Part shown: in pieces, positions 57,656 through 64,000 of the stretch
Layout of the letters: every line of letters begins with the position of its first letter
Position numbering within the stretch: the first letter of the stretch is position 1
Virus record (IMG/VR): IMGVR_UViG_3300044970_002808
Coordinates: 1-64,000 of that record
Length of the DNA: 64,000 nucleotides
Origin: an uncultured virus (IMG/VR IMGVR_UViG_3300044970_002808)
Lineage: Duplodnaviria > Heunggongvirae > Uroviricota > Caudoviricetes
Direction: 5' to 3' (one strand)
Program-made: the position numbers and the translations under genes
Notes under the pieces: generated by a model
Seen by the model: the letters and a program-made list of their open reading frames with translations, nothing else
What the model was told of the DNA's origin: nothing
Database searches by the model: none

Positions 57656-59086
57656 CTATTGGGGTAGCTCAGTTAAGAATTTTATTAGGATTCCTCTGGC
57701 TCCATTTAAATCTCTGTCTAAACTTTCGTTACTCTGAGATTTGATTACTTTCCTCCCACCTAGATTAGCTATTATTTCCCCTGTCCATGATACGGTTTTG
57801 GAGGTATAAGCCTCAGAAACTATTATTAGTTTTTTACCAAATTTATTGGCTTTGAACTTTAATAATTCCTTAAACTCATAATGTCCAAAATTTAACATCG
57901 AACGGGTAGTAGATTTATTGATTTTTCTGCCTTTCTTTTTGACCATTTCACTGGTGTTAAAGCAGGGTAGAAGGATTACATCAAAGTTATCTACTAAAAA
58001 TCTGCTAATTTTGTGGTGGAGTTCTTTCCTCAGATTTCTTACCTTTAATGTGGTTCGTTGTTGCCACATTCTTAGATAATCAATCCGACTTTGGTTTTTG
58101 GTTTTAGCTATTTTAGATTGGATTTTGTCTGCTTTATGACAGAGTTTAGCCAATCTCTTCAGGGCTTCTTCACCAAATTTACCAAAAACTCCATTAGACG
58201 AAAAAATAGTTTGGAAAGTTCTAACACCAGGGTCTAATGCTACAATCTTTAGGTCTTGGTTTTCGACTTCTGGATTATTAGCAATATCTTCAGTATAAAT
58301 TAGGTAGAACAATCCCCCAGTAGTTGTGAGGGTTAGACCATCAAAACTACCCCTTGTGTCTGATTTTAGGGGGGTTTCTAGTTTTAGGTTTCGGGGGGCT
58401 AACACTCCCTTAGCTGAGAGTATTTCCTTTTTTAGGTTGATAGTTTGTCGGGGCTTTTTTCTAGATTTGAATTTTAACTCAAACCTTTCAACTAACCCCG
58501 CTTTTAATTGGGCAAACCCTACTTGTTGGGCATTGATAGCTTCGGTGATAGCCTCCTTTACTGTATTTATGTTTATGCAATTGGTTAACCAAGTGTGTTT
58601 CTCCAACCAAAATTGAAAGAATGTGTCACGGATGTCATAGCTTGACAAACCTTTTCTTTCTTTCTTAGTCTTTAAATCACAATTAGCCCCAATTTTACCG
58701 TTTTTCAGCAAATCTACTGTTTTGTTGTAGATAAACCGATATTGGGAGATTAGCTCATTCAGTAGGTTCTGTTGGGTTCTGTCGGGGTAAAGTCTTATCT
58801 TCCTTGATATTTTTGCTGTATTTCCTAAGCCCGTAGACTCTGCAACTGAAAATATGGAGGATTGATAGTAAGTCTTGGGTAAGTTCTTGTTCGGGACTTG
58901 TTTCAGTGTTGTTGAGAACCACGATTGTTCCACCGTTCTTGAGAACAAGGTATTGGAACAATTCAAATCCAAATCGGCAGAGTCTATCTCTGTGGGAGAT
59001 AACAAGAGTGAACTTATCTCCTGAGAATAATCTGTCCAATAAGGTTTGAAGTCCTTTTCTTTTGAAGTTAAGTCCAGAACCGACAT
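57656..59086 (-). CDS. tnpB: TnpB RNA-guided nuclease with Fanzor-type catalytic arrangement (start uncertain)
   Basis: KIRLYP, ALDPGVRTF, DVILLP, SEAYTSKT and LDRDLNGARGI motifs. Confidence 0.9.
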   Translation of the reverse strand: MSVLDLTSKEKDFKPYWTDYSQEISSLLLSPTEIDSADLDLNCSNTLFSRTVEQSWFSTTLKQVPNKNLPKTYYQSSIFSVAESTGLGNTAKISRKIRLYPDRTQQNLLNELISQYRFIYNKTVDLLKNGKIGANCDLKTKKERKGLSSYDIRDTFFQFWLEKHTWLTNCININTVKEAITEAINAQQVGFAQLKAGLVERFELKFKSRKKPRQTINLKKEILSAKGVLAPRNLKLETPLKSDTRGSFDGLTLTTTGGLFYLIYTEDIANNPEVENQDLKIVALDPGVRTFQTIFSSNGVFGKFGEEALKRLAKLCHKADKIQSKIAKTKNQSRIDYLRMWQQRTTLKVRNLRKELHHKISRFLVDNFDVILLPCFNTSEMVKKKGRKINKSTTRSMLNFGHYEFKELLKFKANKFGKKLIIVSEAYTSKTVSWTGEIIANLGGRKVIKSQSNESLDRDLNGARGILIKFLTELPQ

Positions 59087-59351
59087 CTGTAATGACCTCC
59101 GAATGAGGGTAGACTGATTTCAAGAAACCGACCTGTCTATTTAAATCTTCAGACTGTTTTCTTGAGCTAACCCTAGCATAACAGATAACTGAGGGTTTGT
59201 CAAGAGGGTCGGCTAAATAGGATTCAACATCGTAATATCGTTGACCTGCGGGGTTTTTAATCCCCTTAATCAAACCGTCATCAAAATATTTTCTAAGGGT
59301 ATGGGGGTGAAGCCCTAATTTGGAGGAGGCTATTCTAGAAGGAACGAGCAT
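58755..59351 (-). CDS. tnpA: IS607 transposase (MerR-type HTH plus serine recombinase)
   Basis: LGLHPHTLR, YARVSS, DVGSGLNFKRKGL and RDRLCRFGFE motifs. Confidence 0.95.
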   Translation of the reverse strand: MLVPSRIASSKLGLHPHTLRKYFDDGLIKGIKNPAGQRYYDVESYLADPLDKPSVICYARVSSRKQSEDLNRQVGFLKSVYPHSEVITDVGSGLNFKRKGLQTLLDRLFSGDKFTLVISHRDRLCRFGFELFQYLVLKNGGTIVVLNNTETSPEQELTQDLLSILHIFSCRVYGLRKYSKNIKEDKTLPRQNPTEPTE

Positions 59352-59453
59352 AAACCAGTTATCAGTGTTCATAAACAAATATGAGCGTTTATAAACAAAT
59401 ATGTACTTAGACAATAACGCTCAATCTAAGTCTAAATATTGGTAGGTGTTAAG

Positions 59454-59771
59454 ATGCGTATATTTCAGTTGGAATTGGAAAAGTTTGAGACCCATTGCAA
59501 TATTTCTTTCCTTATCTCTGGTCTCGACTCCGCCCCCTATGAATTGGCTGAACGCCTTGCCCTACTAGGTTCTTCTGACTATAACAACCCTATCTGTGTT
59601 AGTCTTTCTGTTATCCGTTGCAATGCTTTTGATGGTATCATTCGTGACCTACTAGCTCTTTCTAAACTACCCGAACTTAACCCGTTTCTGACTTTAAAAC
59701 TAATTAAGGTAGTCGAGGCTCTATACTGCCTGACTACCCATGATGGACTCGTTTGGGGTAATTTGGGATAG
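59454..59771 (+). CDS. hypothetical late protein
   Basis: ATG 30 nt after GACAATAACGCTCAA; AGGT RBS. Confidence 0.55.
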   Translation: MRIFQLELEKFETHCNISFLISGLDSAPYELAERLALLGSSDYNNPICVSLSVIRCNAFDGIIRDLLALSKLPELNPFLTLKLIKVVEALYCLTTHDGLVWGNLG

Positions 59772-59809
59772 GGGAGAGGGGTCTAAAGCAGAACCCTCTT
59801 AACCTTAAC

Positions 59810-60427
59810 TTAATCTTCAATAAACAAATCTTCCAGAATGTCCCGTTTCCCCTCTGTGGGGGCAGGGCTACTGTTTTGGGGTTTTAACCCAGCACCCCTA
59901 GCTTTGGATGTCGGGGGTAACAGACTTTTACCGAAATCAGTTTCTAGGAATTTTCCTAACGCCTCATCCACACTTTCCACAGTATCCCCATTTTTGACAA
60001 AGGCTACACCATCTTCGTAAACTAAGTTATCCCCGTACTGTAGCTTAAAGGCTTTGGTCGCAATTCCTAAGTCTAGGGGCTTAAATTTGGATATGGTTGA
60101 GTTTAAGATGTTTTCTAGTTCTTTGGCTACGATTTTTCTGTCTTTTTCCTTTGACTGTTCCTTCAAATCTTCAATCTGTTTCTGTAGAGCCTGAAGACTT
60201 AGTTTCTGTTTGGGTGTCTCCACTTCCACTTCTAATTCTGGCTCAGGTTCGGGTGCTTTTGTGGTTTTTTTATCCCAGGATTTTTGTAGACTACTCGCCA
60301 ATCCACTGTTTTTTCGGTCTACCTCGCTTAAGATGCCTGCCTTTAGCGTTCCCAATTCCCCTTGTAGTTGGTTTAGAAACGCCTGTTGCGATTCCTCTAA
60401 TACTTGTTTAATTTCTTCCGGTGTCAT
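59810..60427 (-). CDS. capsid scaffold protein
   Basis: coiled coil, upstream of the MCP, late-type motif. Confidence 0.7.
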   Translation of the reverse strand: MTPEEIKQVLEESQQAFLNQLQGELGTLKAGILSEVDRKNSGLASSLQKSWDKKTTKAPEPEPELEVEVETPKQKLSLQALQKQIEDLKEQSKEKDRKIVAKELENILNSTISKFKPLDLGIATKAFKLQYGDNLVYEDGVAFVKNGDTVESVDEALGKFLETDFGKSLLPPTSKARGAGLKPQNSSPAPTEGKRDILEDLFIED

Positions 60428-61361
60428 ATCACTTTAATTGTACACTAGGGTTTACATTTTCTGCTTTGGGCGTATCTAAACTAACAGGGGTCTGAATCCT
60501 AAAATAACCCCCCTAGTTGTTACTGAAGTCCCGACCCCGTAGAGTTTCTAGGTTAACCCGTCAACTGGGTAGGTAGGGGGTGGATAGGTTTTTTCTACGG
60601 GGGAGACCTAATTCCCCCCGCACTGCCTTCGACTAACCCTTCTGCTCAAGGTATGAGTATTTATACCTATTTCTAAAGACATAGCCCTGTTTTAACCCAT
60701 CAAGTGGGGGGGTTGCTTTGGTTTTTTATGCCTAGGACATCAATTCTTCAGTTAGCCCTATCTACTCCAGTTTCGACTTGGCAAATCCCCCGCAAACCCC
60801 GTGCTGGAATGGTTTGACGATGTTGGTGTCCCTTAAGCCCCAGTTTGTCCCAAAATGTATCCATTTATACATTTCCTAAAAATGGGTAGGTCAAATGTTT
60901 GTCCTAGAGTATAATTTGACCTCAGGACTCTTCCCCTATTATAACTTGGGCGTGAATATTTTGCAACCCTTAAAACACTGAACTTTTGACAGATTTTTAA
61001 ACTTGGTCTAACCATCATCAACAACGGCAATTAAGTCCTAATAGGGGAAGTCAGGGGGCAACCTGGAAAACCTTGTCCTGTCTGGGTTTCACCTGGGTCT
61101 AAGGGGGCAAGTGGGGGGGGGGTTCGGAGAGAATTTCAGATTCAAGTAACCCCCCTACTTGTTAGACCCGTAGTACACTTGTACCAGACTGGGTTGAACA
61201 TGGCCAGACTGGGTTTCATCTGAGTCTAAAGGGGAAACTAGGGGGGTGAAAAATGCCTCGAACCCCCCCAGTTGTGGATTTATATAGTACAAATGTATTA
61301 AACTGGGGTTGAACCAGGCTAAAACAGGTCAGACCAGGGGCGGAGTTATAACTGTCCGTTA

Positions 61362-61935
61362 TAAAAACCAACCTAACCCCCCCTACCCCCCTAGTATAGA
61401 ATAGTTGGGGCTGGTTGGCTAAGACTGGTCTGGCAGAGTCAAACCCCGTACTATGTCTTTAGAAATAGGTATAAATACCCATACCCAAGGTAAAAGGGGG
61501 TCTAGGGGTCAAACCCAGTTAAGCCCTGTTAAACTTGGGAGGGATGAAATAAGGGGGGTCGCCCAGAAAAACCAACCTAACCCCCCTACCCCCCTAGTAA
61601 GGAATGGCTGGGGCTGGTTGGCTTAGGCTGGGGCTGGCAGGGTCAAACCAGATTCAACCCAATCCGACCAAGTGGAATCAAGGAGGTCTCCATAAAAAAA
61701 CCCAAGAACCCCCCCACTTCCACCCTTAGCTAACTGGGTCAGGTTGGGTTGAAGGGGTTAAACGGGGTCTGGTCGGGTCAAACCCCGTACTATGTCTTTA
61801 GGGATAGGTATAAATACTCATACCCAAGGTAAAAGGGGGTCTAGGGGTCAAACCCAGTTAAGCCCTGTCAAACTTGGGGGGGATGGAATAGGAAGGGTCG
61901 CCCTGAAAAAAGAGAACCCCCCCCTACCCCCCCAG
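61362..61935 (+). repeat. nested direct repeats in a non-coding region
   Basis: about 83 bp at 61362/61567 and about 135 bp at 61438/61777. Confidence 0.9.
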
Positions 61936-62073
61936 TTCATCTTTGTCTAGTACATTTGAACCACCCCCCAGCTTAACCGGGGCAGACTGGGGGTTGACAA
62001 TAAAAAACCCCTTCCAAAGGGGTCAGGATGGGTCAGGTAGGGTTGAGGATGGGTCAGACCCCGTTAGACCCAA

Positions 62074-62565
62074 TTAATCCCAAAAGTCTGAGGGTAAAGG
62101 TTCGTCTGAATCTTCACCATCGATTTTAGGTTCATACCTACCATCGGATAAATAAGGAGAAGACCCTATATCATGGTTCAAACGACACATAGCTTTGGTA
62201 TCAGAATCCATACGACGTTCGGTATATACTTTAGGTCGTTGCCCTGGATTCATTTGGTCTTCAAGAGCTTGCATTAGGAGTTCTGCTTGATTCTTCCGAT
62301 ACCATTCAGCCGCCCTGCGTAAGTGAATACCTTCTAGACGACTTAAATGTTCTTTAATCACAGCATGGACAGTCCCTTCATCTGCTCTATGTTTGGTATA
62401 CTGTTTTCCATATTGGGAACGAAATCTATCTCTTAAAGTAGTCCAGGGAATATCGAACCGTTCTGCTAAAGTCCTAACAGACACCCCTCCCAGTTTATAG
62501 ATTTGGAACAATTTTTTGGTTTGTTCCACGACCTCTTTGCTCATTCTAACGTCTTTCTTTCTCAT
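62074..62565 (-). CDS. HTH DNA-binding protein
   Basis: SVRTLAERFDIPWTTLRDR; GAGG RBS; late-type motif. Confidence 0.7.
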   Translation of the reverse strand: MRKKDVRMSKEVVEQTKKLFQIYKLGGVSVRTLAERFDIPWTTLRDRFRSQYGKQYTKHRADEGTVHAVIKEHLSRLEGIHLRRAAEWYRKNQAELLMQALEDQMNPGQRPKVYTERRMDSDTKAMCRLNHDIGSSPYLSDGRYEPKIDGEDSDEPLPSDFWD

Positions 62566-62714
62566 ATCCCTCTATAAATAGTTTTAGAATCCAATTTCTG
62601 GATTGGGCGTATAGTCTAAAAGGCTGACCCTGAGCCAATCTTAGGTATGATAAGACACTCAAAGAGCTTTAACCGAAGAAACATTTCTCAACAAATCCCC
62701 ACCCCCCCCCAACC

Positions 62715-62840
62715 CAAGATAATAATGGTAAAAATTACCATAACTCTTTTTCCACCTAAGATAATAATGGTGAAATTCACCATAACTCTTTTTCCCCCTC
62801 AACCCCAAATAATGGTAAAATCCACCATAACTCTTTTTCA
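62715..62840. repeat. three 42-45-bp repeats with palindrome ATGGT-N7-ACCAT
   Basis: palindromes at 62725, 62767 and 62812, each followed by AACTCTTTTT. Confidence 0.9.
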
Positions 62841-63129
62841 TAATTGTCTCACAATCCTTTAGGTTGACCAGAGAAAACCAATACCGACCAGGAGTTTGAT
62901 ATACATCATTATACATCATTTTGGAGGCGAAATTAGGAAGGTTTAGGGTTAGGGGCTGATTTCAGCCACACAAAAAGCACTTTTTGACCATATAATTATA
63001 TAACTATACAGTTATATATTAGTTCATTTGTACTGTTCAAGGGGGTTAAAGTTATCCACACCCATCACCCAAAAGGATGACCCCTTATCACCCATTAGAA
63101 CACAACAAAAATGTGTGGTTGTTGACGGT

Positions 63130-63369
63130 TTAATTACGGTCAGCAAATTCCCTAGGGTCTAATAAATCGAAATCGGATAAATCATCAAAGCGTTGAGGTT
63201 CAGGAGGTTGACGGTAAGCCAACAGTAAACCAACAATGGCTACAATAGTAATGGCAAAGACCATTAAAGAAGCTAAAAGCAATAAAAAAACCATTATGGA
63301 AAGGGGTTTGGGACTTAATAATAATATGCTTGCAATAAGGGGAATAGGTACAAAAAAATACCCACCCAT
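63130..63369 (-). CDS. small membrane protein (start may be 63294)
   Basis: hydrophobic helix plus charged tail. Confidence 0.5.
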   Translation of the reverse strand: MGGYFFVPIPLIASILLLSPKPLSIMVFLLLLASLMVFAITIVAIVGLLLAYRQPPEPQRFDDLSDFDLLDPREFADRN

Positions 63370-63415
63370 GACTGGGGGGCTTGGTAAGGCTGAATCAGAC
63401 CCAGATTAGGGCGGA

Positions 63416-63700
63416 TTAAGCAGTTAATTTAGTAACCATCGCCGAAACGAAGGAAGCAGGGGTAGTAACACCAACAGTAGCGGCAATTGCCTGAATAGCA
63501 TTAACGAAAGCGGTATCTTCGATAGCAAACTCTAAAAGAGCAATGATGGCTTGACGTTGAAGTAATTGGTCAGCATTAGCAGTACCATTCAAATCATAAC
63601 CGTAAGAAGCACGAACGATGTCAACACCAGAGTTAACATATAAAGGGTCTAGTTGATAATGTCCACTTGCGGGGACTGGGGGGGCAAAAGTTAAAGCCAT
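63416..63700 (-). CDS. capsid cement/decoration protein (Mic1 gp47-like)
   Basis: LDP.YVNSGVDI..YGY..NGTANADQLLQR..VTTPASFVSA.VTKLTA recognised from memory of the Mic1 cement protein; late-type motif. Confidence 0.8.
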   Translation of the reverse strand: MALTFAPPVPASGHYQLDPLYVNSGVDIVRASYGYDLNGTANADQLLQRQAIIALLEFAIEDTAFVNAIQAIAATVGVTTPASFVSAMVTKLTA

Positions 63701-63899
63701 ATTTTCTATCCTAGCTAGGAATAATTATCTTGTCCAATATAGTTTGGGCGTACACCTCTTCCACCCCTAGTACAAGTGTACTAGACCAAGGGTTAAAGGG
63801 GAGTTTAGGGCGTAAAAAACATTGCAGGCACAAATCTGAGTCTCACGTCAGCCGATGAAGCCCACCCTTTGGTACACTTGTACTAGACATAGGGAAGAT

Positions 63900-63960
63900 G
63901 GGTTAAGACTGGGTTAAGACTGGGTTAAGAGAGGTTAAGAGAGGTTAAGACTGGGTTAAG
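63900..63960 (-). repeat. six CTTAACCY units at 10-11-bp period
   Basis: units at 63900, 63911, 63922, 63932, 63942 and 63953. Confidence 0.85.
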
Positions 63961-64000
63961 TGTAATAGTATTGCAGGCACGAATAAGGCTTTCCCGCCAA

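Larger units (their letters stand above)
57608..59410 (-). mobile_element. IS607-family element (ends approximate)
   Basis: tnpA serine recombinase plus overlapping tnpB; CATATTTGTTTAT direct repeats at the left end. Confidence 0.85.

Noticed and set aside
62647..62919. CRISPR array, or the repetitive ORFs on both strands
   Set aside because: Units have almost no spacer and no cas genes are present; the ORFs merely translate the repeats.

Overview
The window is about 64 kb of a long-tailed cyanophage genome resembling Microcystis phage Mic1. The resemblance rests on the capsid and cement proteins, recalled from memory, and on cyanobacterial-type GATAACT heptamer repeats. It carries a nearly full siphovirus morphogenesis set scattered over both strands: TerL with two inteins, portal, scaffold, major capsid, cement, tail tube, tail chaperones, a 2612-aa tape measure and tail tip genes. 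Replication and nucleotide genes include an SF3 helicase, a 5'-3' exonuclease, an SSB-like protein, ThyX, MazG, an NDT-like protein and PhoH. Also present are an endolysin, a phage sigma factor, a tRNA(CAT) and an IS607 with a Fanzor-type TnpB. The most notable unexplained signals are: (1) a promoter-driven 196-nt RNA framed by a tRNA acceptor stem and T-arm around a possibly pseudoknotted core, within a cluster of candidate ncRNAs; (2) tandem FGE-sulfatase/CLec genes with DGR variable-region signatures but no RT or template repeat in the window; (3) a CGCYCAA motif in front of most virion transcription units, a candidate late promoter; (4) two late toxin/immunity-like gene pairs; (5) repeat-rich non-coding control regions with LexA-like, Pho-box-like and origin-like elements. 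All calls come from reading the sequence by eye; no searches were run.
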